Counted from the first letter of the whole stretch, positions 40,964 through 51,163 are shown. The stretch: 62,629 nt of DNA, filler included, from Pseudobdellovibrionaceae bacterium (GCA_030591685.1; 5 parts of 5 records of this genome joined end to end with filler, not necessarily neighbours in it); one strand, 5' to 3'. Translations and numbers: made by a program. The notes: a model not told the origin generated them from the sequence alone.

Positions 40964-41569
40964 ATGCAGTCAGTATTGCCGTATACCGTTTCGAGGGAGG
41001 CGTATTCAGAAATGAAGGACGTTCTTTTGGTAGATCATGTAAAGGCTGGTGATAGGGAGGCCTATACAGAGTTAGTTCGGAGGCACGAAAAGGTGCTTCT
41101 AAGAGTAATAGTTAAAATGACCAAGGATTTAGTGTTATCTGAGGATGTTGTTCAGGAGGCCTTGCTTAAGGCTTATGTAAAAATTCATTTATTCAGGGGG
41201 CAGTCGTCTTTTAAGTCATGGGCTATTAAAATTGCGATTAATACAGCAAAAAACAAACTAAGATCAAAAAAGAGAATAATGTTAGATATTGAAAACGTTC
41301 CTTTGTCGGTGCCTTCAAAGGTTGAGAATATAGTTTTCCATGACACTGTTAAGGGTCTTGTACGGGAATTAGTGGAGACTTTACCGGATAAGCAAAAAAG
41401 GGCACTTGTGTTGAGGATGTTTAACGATTTGACGTTTAAGGAAATTGCACAGTTGATGAACTGCCCTTATGATACGGCGAAGGCTAATTATAGGCATGCG
41501 TTGTTGAAGTTGAGGGGGAGGATGAGGTTTAATAAAAACTTCAAGGGGTGGGAGGATCTCACGGCCTAG
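40964..41569 (+). CDS. ECF RNA polymerase sigma factor
   Basis: GDREAY.ELV, EDVVQE, FRGQSSFKSW, LPDKQK, FKEIAQLM. Confidence 0.9.
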   Translation: MQSVLPYTVSREAYSEMKDVLLVDHVKAGDREAYTELVRRHEKVLLRVIVKMTKDLVLSEDVVQEALLKAYVKIHLFRGQSSFKSWAIKIAINTAKNKLRSKKRIMLDIENVPLSVPSKVENIVFHDTVKGLVRELVETLPDKQKRALVLRMFNDLTFKEIAQLMNCPYDTAKANYRHALLKLRGRMRFNKNFKGWEDLTA

Positions 41570-41587
41570 CCACCCGATGCGCCTCCG

Positions 41588-41626
41588 CACAAAGAGGGAC
41601 CACAAAGAGGGACCACAAAGAGGGAC
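41588..41626. repeat. 13-bp tandem repeat x3 (CACAAAGAGGGAC)
   Basis: Seen directly; followed by GGAGCCAC. Confidence 0.9.
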
Positions 41627-41672
41627 GGAGCCACCCCAAGCCTTTGCGCCCAAGTTGCCGACATGAACTGAA

Positions 41673-41772
41673 NNNNNNNNNNNNNNNNNNNNNNNNNNNN
41701 NNNNNNNNNNNNNNNNTTAATTAATTAANNNNNNNNNNNNNNNNNNNNNNNNNNNNNNNNNNNNNNNNNNNN
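41673..41772. other. Assembly gap/contig linker
   Basis: N-run, TTAATTAATTAA, N-run. Confidence 0.99.
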
Positions 41773-41899
41773 GAAAGAGCCCGTGGCTCTTTCAGCGTAG
41801 TAAGTCAGCCACGATGGCTGACTTAGTGACCGAACCGGCATCCCGCAAGGAGCGACCAGTATGGGAGCAACTGAAAGGGAAGTCCCATCACCCGCTCCA
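41773..41899 (+). other. Hairpin-rich element ending in a tRNA-Gly-like 3' end (att-like or pseudo-tRNA)
   Basis: Hairpins GAAAGAGC/GCTCTTTC and TAAGTCAGCCA/TGGCTGACTTA; terminal AAGTCCCATCACCCGCTCCA. Confidence 0.6.
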
Positions 41900-41978
41900 A
41901 TTAATTTCAAGTTTCTAAGTACAAGTTGTTAAAAGCGGCATGGCAGGAAATTAAAACGGCAGTAATACCGCAGCTTTA

Positions 41979-42396
41979 CTAAGTGGGCCTATGTCTATCT
42001 ACGGCAAGTAACTTACGAGAAAGAAAGAAAACCACAATCCAAAAGGCTGACCTCACTGTCATTGCACCAATGGTTCGCATTTCGTACTCAGCCCCCGCGA
42101 GAACTATTACAGCAAAAGCCAAAAAGACTAACACTGTTAATAGTGCTAGAATTTTTGCAATCATCACTCCCCAGTTTTTTTTGAAAAAAAATACCTAGCC
42201 CAGAAAGTATATAGAAAAACCCAGCTATAAAGTTAAAGTATAAAACAAAGGGGACATACTTACCTGCAAATTGCACACCCGCCTCTCCTCCAAAAAGAGC
42301 AAAGCTGGCAGACTTTACAGTCATTAAACCAAAGGCCACGGCCATTAAACTGATTGCTATAATAACAATACTGCTTTTACCTAATTTTTCTTTCAT
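41979..42396 (-). pseudogene. Four-TM membrane protein split by a +1 frameshift in a T8/A8 tract
   Basis: ORFs 42088-42396 and 41979-42167 join into ...YVPFVLYFNF...QKNWGVMIA...YEMRT if one base is removed. Confidence 0.7.
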
Positions 42397-43865
42397 AAAG
42401 ACGCCTTTTTAAAATAATTACTTAAATACAGATCTAGCTTTCCGATTGTAGTAAATAACTTTAGAGCAATAACTTCGTTAAAATAATTTAGTCCAATTAT
42501 TTGCAGTGAACTTTTGTCATAAGACTCTTGTGACTTGACATAATCAAGCGTTGATATCTTTCCGTTTTTAAACCTCTTTCTCTCAACTTTAAGTATTTTT
42601 TGTTGTTGGTTTCTGATTTTTTTTAAATAAGTTATTTGTTCTAAATTAGATTTAATCATATCTACGATCTCACTAAATCCATTTCTAAGTTTTAAGCTTG
42701 CTTGTTTTTCCCTAAGTATGGCCTGTCTTTTTTGGCTTAATGCCCTACCCAGATTATTTGAGTTTTTACTACTATCAACATCAAAAGCCCAGCTAACCCC
42801 CGCGTACACTTCATATTTATCTTGTGAGTTTTCCTCTATTGATTCATTAAAACCCGAGCCTCTCCCAAAACTTTTAGCTGAAAGAAATAAATCCACTTTT
42901 GACTTTGTTGCCTCTTTCTCAATCTCAAGCAAACTATTGGACAGCTCCATATTACTCTGAAATTGCGAGTGAACAAGACCACTTTCTATAAGCCCCTCGA
43001 CCTCACCGTCACTCATATTAAGTAGCGAGTCAGTAATCATCATTTTTTCAACGGAGACAGCAATTAAGCCGTCTTCTTCTATGAGGGTTTTCAGTTTATT
43101 TTGTTCAATATCTATTTTTGAAATTATATCCTTTACACTTTTTTCTCGATTTATCACCTCAACCCCTGAAGTCAATAATTCAGCGTTACTTATAATGCCC
43201 GATCTTTTTTTAACCCGATTAAATTTATGTAGGGATTTAAATCGAGCAACAGAGCTTTGAGCAATCTCCTTTTCCTGCATTAATTTTACAATACTCCAGT
43301 AAACACCTATGGACTCACTTATTAATTTATGCTTTTCATTTTTGGTCTTAAGTTTGAGTCCATCATTTTGCCTAGAAGCTGCTGCTTTTTTAAAATGGTA
43401 CTCTCTACTACGAAAGTTTCGCAAAAGTGGGACAACAATTGAGGCTCTATAAACACTGTCCATTGCATCTAGGGAGAATTGAGTATTACTCGGAGTTGTT
43501 CCAAGCTCTTTATCCTCAAAACCAAAACCTAAGCCAAACTTAAAACCATAAGGTGTCATCTTTTCATAATCAACAGAAAGCCCATACCCCTCTTTTTTTG
43601 AATCCAAAGAGATGGGTGGATTTGGGTAGTTTTTAGAAGAGTACTTAAAAAATTTAGTAGAAACTTTACCATCTAATATTCCATCAACACCATTTACTAA
43701 ATAATCCGATTGCTTGATGTTTTCATCTTGGATTTTGTATTCATTAGATTTTTTTAACTTATTAACAATTTTAGAAATTGTTAATAGATCTTTAGCATAA
43801 ACCATATTACTCAGTGGTGAGCCTAAGATAATGCTAAAAATAATTAGCAAAGTCGTTTTTTTCAT
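42393..43865 (-). CDS. TolC-family outer-membrane efflux protein
   Basis: Signal peptide, VPLLRN, YWSI, RFKNGKIS repeats. Confidence 0.85.
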   Translation of the reverse strand: MKKTTLLIIFSIILGSPLSNMVYAKDLLTISKIVNKLKKSNEYKIQDENIKQSDYLVNGVDGILDGKVSTKFFKYSSKNYPNPPISLDSKKEGYGLSVDYEKMTPYGFKFGLGFGFEDKELGTTPSNTQFSLDAMDSVYRASIVVPLLRNFRSREYHFKKAAASRQNDGLKLKTKNEKHKLISESIGVYWSIVKLMQEKEIAQSSVARFKSLHKFNRVKKRSGIISNAELLTSGVEVINREKSVKDIISKIDIEQNKLKTLIEEDGLIAVSVEKMMITDSLLNMSDGEVEGLIESGLVHSQFQSNMELSNSLLEIEKEATKSKVDLFLSAKSFGRGSGFNESIEENSQDKYEVYAGVSWAFDVDSSKNSNNLGRALSQKRQAILREKQASLKLRNGFSEIVDMIKSNLEQITYLKKIRNQQQKILKVERKRFKNGKISTLDYVKSQESYDKSSLQIIGLNYFNEVIALKLFTTIGKLDLYLSNYFKKASL

Positions 43866-46800
43866 TTTAACACCTCTTTTTTTTGAAATTTTCTACCTAT
43901 ATCGTTACCTACTAAATACAGGGTTGGCATCAATAAAAGAACAACTGTTGTGCCTACAAATAAACCATAGAGAATAGCCAACGAGAGTGGTGAAAGGAGA
44001 GAATCATACCCACCAATAGCATAGGCCGTAGGCGCAACAGCCAGCATTGTACTGATTGTAGTCAACGAAATGGGCCTTAATCGCTCAACAGCTCCTCTAA
44101 TAAGCACGTCTCTTGAAAAGCCACCGTTGTCCCTCATAAGTTGGCTAACGTGATCAACAAGGACAATTGAGTCGTTGATGATAATGCCCGACAGCCCAAT
44201 TAACCCAATCCCTGCAAACATAGAAATGGGTAAATCATGTAGATAGAAGGATAAGAATATACCAACAACTCCAAATGGTATGACAGACAAAATCAAAAAC
44301 GGCTTAGCATAGGAGTTAAACATTATGCTCAAGATAAAGAAAATACCAATTACAGATAAACCAGCTGCCATTTTTAGGCCTGAGAAAATCTTAGCCTCTT
44401 CTATTGGTCGCCCACTAATGGTATATTTAATCCCCTTATCTTTATTAAATTTATTTTTAAATACATCCAACATTTCGACTGCTGTAATCTTTGCGGGGTC
44501 AATGTTTCCTGTAACTGATGTTGAACGAAAACCGTTATAATGCTTAATGTCTGCATACGAAGGCCGGTGCTCATAATCAATCATAGTATTTAGTTTTATT
44601 AACTGACCACGCTTGTTAGCAATCGGAAGCTTAGAGATAAAATCAAAATCCCCCCTAGATTTTTTATCCAGCCTTAATCTAAAGTCATATGACTTATTAA
44701 TTGATGAATAATCTGTAACAACCTGTCCATCAAAAGCTATCCTAAGAGTTCTAATTATGTCTACAGGTGTTAAACCCGCCTGGGCGACTTTCTTATAGTT
44801 TAATTTTAAATTTATTTCATCTTTACCTAAGACATAGTCATCTTTAATGTCTGAAAGTCCCTTAATTGTTTTTAAAAAATTAATGACACTATCTGATGCT
44901 TTTTTTCTTTTATCATTATGGTTTGAAGAGACTATAATTTCAAAAGGTTCACCCAAGGGGGGACCAATCCTCATTAGGTCAAACTCTAAGTCATAACCTT
45001 TAGATCTAAATTCACTTAAGTTCTTTGTTTTAATTTCTCTAATTAACTCCTTTGCCGTGCGATCACGCTCACTGTAGGGAGATAAATATACAAGAAAAGT
45101 AACTAAATTTTCCTCAGTACCTGTGCTCGTCAAAGAACTCAAACTATGCGTACCAAGCCTTGCTGTATACCCAACCAGTTCATTTTTATTTAAACCTTCA
45201 ATGCTCTTTTCAATTTTTTGGATAATAGTTTCTACTTTCTCAGGGGCAAAACCTTTTTCTAGTGTGACTTTGATAGAAAACCCCTCAGAGGCATCTTGTG
45301 GAAATGAATCCTTACGAACCTTTGTAGCACCTACAAATACACTAAAAACAAATAACAGCATAAAACCAAAGACAACCAAATAACGGTATTCCAAAATTTT
45401 GATTAAAGTGCTCTTATAGAGGGACTCCCAATAAAGCACCACTTTGCTTTTTTTGTAGGCGCCTTTTTTTATGGATCCATGAGCTAAATGAGCTGGCAAT
45501 AATAAGTAACAATCAATAAGTGACACAAATAGTGCGATCATTACAACTGCTGGCATTTGCCATATAAATTTACCGGGCAACCCCCCTAAAGAAAGAAGCG
45601 GCAGAAAGGCCGTTATTGTCGTTAACGAGGCTGCTAAAATAGGGCGCCATAACCTACCCACAGCATTGCTTGCTGCCTCAGCAGGGGATTGGCCTTTTTC
45701 GATATTTATATCAAAACGTTCACTAATTACCATCGCGTCATCTACGATCATCCCTAAAACAATAACAAAAGCACCCATTGAAACTGAATTTAGAGTCATC
45801 CCCATAGGAACAAATAAAATCATACTACCAAAAATTGTAAAAGGGACACCAAAAGCAGTCCAGAAGGCTGGCTTGGCTCCTAAAAAATAAAACAACAACA
45901 ATAGTACTAATACAAAGCCAATTAGGCCGTTGTTTTTTAATAATGTAAATTTGCTGCGAGCTTTATCTGAAATATCATTATTTAACTTATAACTTACGTT
46001 CTGAGGGAGCTCTACTCCTTGAAGCAATAGTTTGATTTTGTCGGACACTTTTAATTGATCAACACCACTACGAATGGCAACGAGTATGGTTGCGCCCCTG
46101 GCCCCATTATTACGTACAATAAGCTTTTCATCCTTGGGTCGATAAATAATTTTGGCAACATCTCTCAAATAAACGCCTTGCCCATCTGGTGACATCCTAA
46201 TGACTGTATTTAAAACGTCTTCGGCTTTTTCAAATTTATTAAATGAAACTATCTTTTTTCGAGCAATGAGTGAATCTAATGTTCCACCAGTCCCAACTTG
46301 ATTTCTTGAATTAATCGCATAGTAGACAGAGTTTAAATCAATATCTTTTTCAAAAGCTTTTTTTGCATCCACTTCAATATGAATTTCTTCATCTGGTAGC
46401 CCTACAGCTGTCACACTATTTACACCAGATATCTTCCGAAGGTCCCTTTCAATTTTAGGGAGTACGTTTTTCAATAAATCATAGTGGCCTGAAAATGCGA
46501 TCTCCATAATAGGCCGATCTTCGGTTGTCACACTGGTAATTACTGGTTGCCCTTCTATGTCTAATGGAAAGTTATCAATTTTATCTACCTCAGATTGCAC
46601 ATCAGATAATAAATCCCTAAATTGAGAATTATTAAGGTTATCGTCTGCAAAAATAGTAATTCTAGAAACACTTTCAATTGAACTAGATCTATATTCTTTA
46701 ATATTACCAATTTCAGCTATTTTATCTTCGATGCTTCCGGTGATGTTTAGCTCTACGTCTTTAGCTGAAGCTCCAGGATATTTAGTTACTATTACAATTT

Positions 46801-46933
46801 GGTTCATTGAGACCCCTGGGAAAGCCTCCTTAGGTACTTTATAAATAAAATACGCACCCAGAATAAAATTTAGAGCCAAAATAAAATTTACTAAAATTGG
46901 TCTTTTAATAAAATATAGTGTCACCTGCTTCAT
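43862..46933 (-). CDS. RND efflux permease (AcrB/AcrD/AcrF family)
   Basis: YPGASA, GMIVDDAMV, INDSIVLVD, RLRPI; 12-TM layout. Confidence 0.92.
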   Translation of the reverse strand: MKQVTLYFIKRPILVNFILALNFILGAYFIYKVPKEAFPGVSMNQIVIVTKYPGASAKDVELNITGSIEDKIAEIGNIKEYRSSSIESVSRITIFADDNLNNSQFRDLLSDVQSEVDKIDNFPLDIEGQPVITSVTTEDRPIMEIAFSGHYDLLKNVLPKIERDLRKISGVNSVTAVGLPDEEIHIEVDAKKAFEKDIDLNSVYYAINSRNQVGTGGTLDSLIARKKIVSFNKFEKAEDVLNTVIRMSPDGQGVYLRDVAKIIYRPKDEKLIVRNNGARGATILVAIRSGVDQLKVSDKIKLLLQGVELPQNVSYKLNNDISDKARSKFTLLKNNGLIGFVLVLLLLFYFLGAKPAFWTAFGVPFTIFGSMILFVPMGMTLNSVSMGAFVIVLGMIVDDAMVISERFDINIEKGQSPAEAASNAVGRLWRPILAASLTTITAFLPLLSLGGLPGKFIWQMPAVVMIALFVSLIDCYLLLPAHLAHGSIKKGAYKKSKVVLYWESLYKSTLIKILEYRYLVVFGFMLLFVFSVFVGATKVRKDSFPQDASEGFSIKVTLEKGFAPEKVETIIQKIEKSIEGLNKNELVGYTARLGTHSLSSLTSTGTEENLVTFLVYLSPYSERDRTAKELIREIKTKNLSEFRSKGYDLEFDLMRIGPPLGEPFEIIVSSNHNDKRKKASDSVINFLKTIKGLSDIKDDYVLGKDEINLKLNYKKVAQAGLTPVDIIRTLRIAFDGQVVTDYSSINKSYDFRLRLDKKSRGDFDFISKLPIANKRGQLIKLNTMIDYEHRPSYADIKHYNGFRSTSVTGNIDPAKITAVEMLDVFKNKFNKDKGIKYTISGRPIEEAKIFSGLKMAAGLSVIGIFFILSIMFNSYAKPFLILSVIPFGVVGIFLSFYLHDLPISMFAGIGLIGLSGIIINDSIVLVDHVSQLMRDNGGFSRDVLIRGAVERLRPISLTTISTMLAVAPTAYAIGGYDSLLSPLSLAILYGLFVGTTVVLLLMPTLYLVGNDIGRKFQKKEVLK

Positions 46934-46945
46934 ACTCTTCCTCGC

Positions 46946-47572
46946 CTAGTCATTTTTAAGCCCTTTGATTACAATGTGAACTCTTAACTGGATGGCTTTG
47001 TCGGTCATTAGTGTTTTACTGACTGTCGCTATCCCTAATTCAAATACTTTATTAACACCTAATCGCTTTAAAACCTCTGGTATTAAATTAGACAACCCGA
47101 TGCTCCCTGCAATTTGAGTGAGTAACAGGGGCACAGGGGCCTTTATTATTAACCCCTTCTTTTGGCACCCTTTAATTGTTTTTGCTAGTATCGAGAAGTG
47201 CCGCCTCATTTTTACACGTGCAAACTTTTGAACCGCTTTTTCTCCATTTAAAATATCATTTAATAGCACAAGAACCAGGTGCCGATTATCCCTAGCGAAC
47301 TTAGCCATTAACAGAAGCTGATGTTCTAACCCCTCAAGGGTTATTTCTTTTTCTGTTAATTGAAAATCTGATAAAAAGTCCTCATAAATTTCATCAAGTA
47401 TTTTTTCAATAAATTTATCCTTATTTCCAAAATAGTAATTAAACATGCCCAGGTTTACTTTCGCAGCATTACAAACCTCTCGGATGCTGAGCTTTGAGGC
47501 GCCTTTTTTTATGAGTAACTTGCGTCCCTCGACGAGTAGTTTTTTATCTGTATTGGTAGACTTTCTAGACAT
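46946..47572 (-). CDS. TetR-family regulator
   Basis: HTH: SIREVCNAAKVNLGMFNYYFGNK. Confidence 0.92.
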   Translation of the reverse strand: MSRKSTNTDKKLLVEGRKLLIKKGASKLSIREVCNAAKVNLGMFNYYFGNKDKFIEKILDEIYEDFLSDFQLTEKEITLEGLEHQLLLMAKFARDNRHLVLVLLNDILNGEKAVQKFARVKMRRHFSILAKTIKGCQKKGLIIKAPVPLLLTQIAGSIGLSNLIPEVLKRLGVNKVFELGIATVSKTLMTDKAIQLRVHIVIKGLKND

Positions 47573-47591
47573 ATATCCTCATGCTAACTTA

Positions 47592-47635
47592 TTATACATA
47601 TGTGTAATTATACGTATGTATAGTAATTAAATCAA
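47592..47635 (-). promoter_or_regulatory. sigma70 promoter overlapped by twin near-palindromic TetR operators
   Basis: TTGATT-17 nt-TATAAT on the minus strand; TTATACATATGTGTAA and TTATACGTATGTATAG. Confidence 0.75.
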
Positions 47636-47956
47636 CAACTATATTTTGATTATCAACATGAAACAAATAGCGACACCAACCCTGCCAACGCCGGCTTTAG
47701 CCTCTTTTTATAGAGGAAAGAGCCCCTAGCAACCCTAAAGTCTGTCACGCAAAGCTTAAATGATGCTAAAAAACCGTGGGAGTAAAAAAACTTAGATTTT
47801 AACTTACATACTGTAAAAACACCTACTACTGGCTAAAAAAGGCAACTGTACCAGTAGGCCTGAACCGTTACAGATGAATGTGCCCGTTGCTCATAGAGGC
47901 AGACTTACTGAGCCAAGGCCTATTGACATACATTTAATATATTACCATTATATATT

Positions 47957-48907
47957 ATGATTTTAAAAAATATTTTAATTCTCTTTCTAAGTTTGTCTCT
48001 AGTTAATAACTCCTTCGCCTTTTCAGGCGAGCACTCACAGAGTATTAAGACCATCGAAGACATTAAAAAAACCTACCCTAATGCCGAAATTAAAACCGTA
48101 TCTTTAAATACATTCAATAAATTTAAAACTAAGCTTGCAAATAATAACTTAATCGATGAAACCCCTCCCCTTAAGGCTTCAGTTATTAATGACGAGTGTG
48201 CTTATTATAAGGTCATGTACTCTAGCAGTAATACTGAATCAAAAAGCATTTTGCCTTTAAAAATTAACAACCCCTCCCCTGCATTTAATGTTGAAAGCAC
48301 TTATAGCTCAGGCAAAGATAAGGACTTTCTTATTGTTCTGGCCGTTGTTGGCGTTATTGTTGTCGCCTCTTTAGTTATTTATACGGGCACCTACTTATAT
48401 AGAGCCTTTGAAAATAGCATTGAGTGCCCCGCATGGACTGAGTATGGCTTTAGGCACTCATCAATTAATGACGACAATGAAACTCAAGTTCGCAAAGGGC
48501 ACCTTAATGGTCTTTACTTTTCAAAGGGTTACTTTATACCTATTGGAGTCATGGGTTTTACATTAGAGGCCGGGCAGTTTTTGATAGATTTAAAATTAAA
48601 TTCACAGTTACAAACTCAAAGTTTTTCGGGGCCATACTTACTTTTTGGACCGACGTTTACCTTCCCTATCACGCACTTAAACAAGATTTATTTTTCAATT
48701 GAACTTCTTGGGGGCACAACCTCTGAGCCACAAATAGGGCTAATGAGTACTCTAAGGTTATCACTTGGTTTTAATGTCACTGAAAATATTGGGCTTTCTC
48801 TTGGCACTGGCGCTGCTTTTATAAAAATGAAGTCCCTTGAAAGTTATCTTGGTCATTATGATGATTTAAATTTTTTAACGGGCATTAAAACGACTTTGAG
48901 GTTTTAA
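47957..48907 (+). CDS. Exported/membrane hypothetical protein
   Basis: Signal peptide, internal TM, beta-rich C-terminus ending in Phe; TTGACA-17-CATTAT just upstream. Confidence 0.65.
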   Translation: MILKNILILFLSLSLVNNSFAFSGEHSQSIKTIEDIKKTYPNAEIKTVSLNTFNKFKTKLANNNLIDETPPLKASVINDECAYYKVMYSSSNTESKSILPLKINNPSPAFNVESTYSSGKDKDFLIVLAVVGVIVVASLVIYTGTYLYRAFENSIECPAWTEYGFRHSSINDDNETQVRKGHLNGLYFSKGYFIPIGVMGFTLEAGQFLIDLKLNSQLQTQSFSGPYLLFGPTFTFPITHLNKIYFSIELLGGTTSEPQIGLMSTLRLSLGFNVTENIGLSLGTGAAFIKMKSLESYLGHYDDLNFLTGIKTTLRF

Positions 48908-49016
48908 TAAAGGGCCAATTGTTTGACCCCTATAAAAACATACTGTTGCTCTGCCAAGCATAGCTTTAGAGGCACGAACACCTCTAAAGTGATTAATCTG
49001 CACATGCCCTAAACTT

Positions 49017-51119
49017 TTACTTGCAACTCGCTCTGTAAGCTGGTGCTGACGACCTAAAAGTATTGTTACTTACTTTGTGATCGGCCTCAAACTCTGCCGC
49101 TGTACGGGTTGTTTGAGCTATATGAGTATTTGATCCAAGAAACATATCATTGCCCGATACCGTTGTATTTTCGGAGAACTTTAAAATTGAACTGGCCTTA
49201 TAATCCCTTAAAAAATTACCAAAATTATAAAATTGGTTATCTAGAATTATGTTATCATCCGCGGCGATGTATGCTACCCCGCCGTATGGCAAAAATTTGG
49301 TATCACTACTTTTCACAGTATTATGAAATGAAATCGCTGCATAGTTACCTACACCTTCAAAATAATTGTTTTTAATGGTGTTCCGGCTCCCTGAAATCCT
49401 TACTCCTGTTGTATTAAGATTTGAAAACTGGTTTCCAGTGATCATATTATCACTCCCCATCCTTATAACAAGACCTCCCCAGCCGTTGTTAACAAAACAA
49501 TTATTTCGAATAATATTTTTATCAGATTTAAGGGATATTACCTCTGGGTCTCCCCTGGTGTTATCAAATAGATTGTTCTCAATAATTAGCTCTAGGGAAT
49601 TATCGTAACTTGGTGGCAAGTTACCATACCCGTAGCCTGCCATGATCGCCTCCCCGCCATTGTTGCTAAGCCTAGGGATATCTTTAAATGTATTGTGGTG
49701 AAGGTGTGTGCCCTTCATGTATTTACAACTTGAGCCACAGTCAATACTTGGCTGCGCATGCTTAATGGATTGACCTATGGTGCCCGACCAAATGTTGTTA
49801 TCTATTTCATTATTAGAAGAGTATATCGCAAGCGGTGATTTAATATCTTTAAGTATATTTCCTGAAAATCTAATGTTATTACCCGCAAGCCTAAATCCTT
49901 GCGAGGTGGCACTAAAGGTTACACCTGAAACCACCCAGTGAGCTCCTGATACAACCCAAGATCGGCTTCCGGTAAATATAACTCCCCCTTTTGATTCAGC
50001 AAGTAGGTATATGGGGGCCGCAGCTGTCCCAAACCTAGAGTAATTAGCTGAACCAGAAGTTGAGTAGGTTCCGTTTTTAATAATAATCACGTCCCCTGGG
50101 TTAGCCGCCTTGGCCTTTGTATCCAGTGCTGAAATACTCGTAACAGTACTAACGTTTGAACCGGCTGGTGCTGAGACCATATAATTTAGGTCGGCACCAT
50201 TGCCATTAAGTAATGGGTCAGATGTGGAAGGGGGGTCTTCAGTTGGTGGGTCTGATACTGCTGGCTCTTCTTGAACAATCACGTTGTTCGAGTCGCCTAT
50301 AAAGTAAATCTTATCAATGGTTATTTTTTCTCGACTTGTGAGTACGAGAGTGTTTATACCTTTGCTCAACTGATAATCTGCACCAGCATATGTGATATCT
50401 GTAAACTCAGTGTATTTCCCAGTGTAGTATAAGACCTTTGCCGCCCCATTTATACTGAAATACAAGGAGTCATGGCTTCCGGTGGGTGATTTGACTCTAA
50501 ATCCTAATTTATAAATCCCGTCTGCAGGTATATCAACACTGTAAGTGGAAGTCCCGGCTGAGTAGTCTACAACATATAGTGCATCTACGCCGTCAACATT
50601 CACTTCTGTAAATGGAAGTGTAAACTGCCCTGATTCGGCCTCAATGGTTACGTTTTTAGACACAACTACAGGGTCCTCCACCACAGGATCAACAACTACA
50701 GGGTCCACCACTACAGGATCTGCACCTTGTAGCACTTCAAAGGTAATATTTCTTCGAACTGTAGAAGACTGACTCAAAAAATTAACAGCAATAACTGCTG
50801 TAATAATATGTTCACCGGCCGTTAAAGTCGTAGTGTCTAGATTATATGTAAAGGGCTCTACACTGCTCGAAAAAGAGGGGGAGAGATCCTGGTCTATATA
50901 ATAGTCTACAAACTCAACAACATCCCCTGTTATTTCTGTAGTAAATGTTGTTTCCGTTGTATAGCTCGACTTAAATGAATAAGCTTGGTCAACGAGTGTT
51001 GAATTTGTAGATTGCCCCTCTTCAAGCTCCGTTGGACTACAGTTTTAAAAGCCCACAATCACAAGAAAAGCCCCCATAATCAAATAAAAGCTCTTTAAGT
51101 ATAATGTTTTTTTATACAT
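49017..51119 (-). CDS. Multidomain PL6 (chondroitinase-B/alginate-lyase fold) lipoprotein; in-frame TAA at 51045-51047
   Basis: Signal ...VIVGF*NC, Ig-like domain, DPVVV linker, CBM-like module, then PGDVIIIKNGTY, NGGEAI, ENNLF, EVISLKS, LVIRMG. Confidence 0.8.
50661..50720. repeat. 15-bp coding repeat x4 (DPVVx)
   Basis: Seen directly. Confidence 0.85.
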
Positions 51120-51147
51120 GAACACTCCCTCTTTGCCCCATTCAAAA

Positions 51148-51163
51148 TGCACAGGCTGTACCA
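51148..51163 (-). promoter_or_regulatory. sigma54 promoter of the PL6 gene
   Basis: TGGTAC-AGCCT-GTGCA, 29 nt above ATG 51119. Confidence 0.55.

Noticed and set aside
1..51119. Alternative genetic code (TGA=Trp or TAA=Gln)
   Set aside because: TGA and TAA terminate many conserved genes at the expected positions (rfbF, rlmN, grxD, pyrD), and TGG/CAA are used normally. Only one internal case of each was found.
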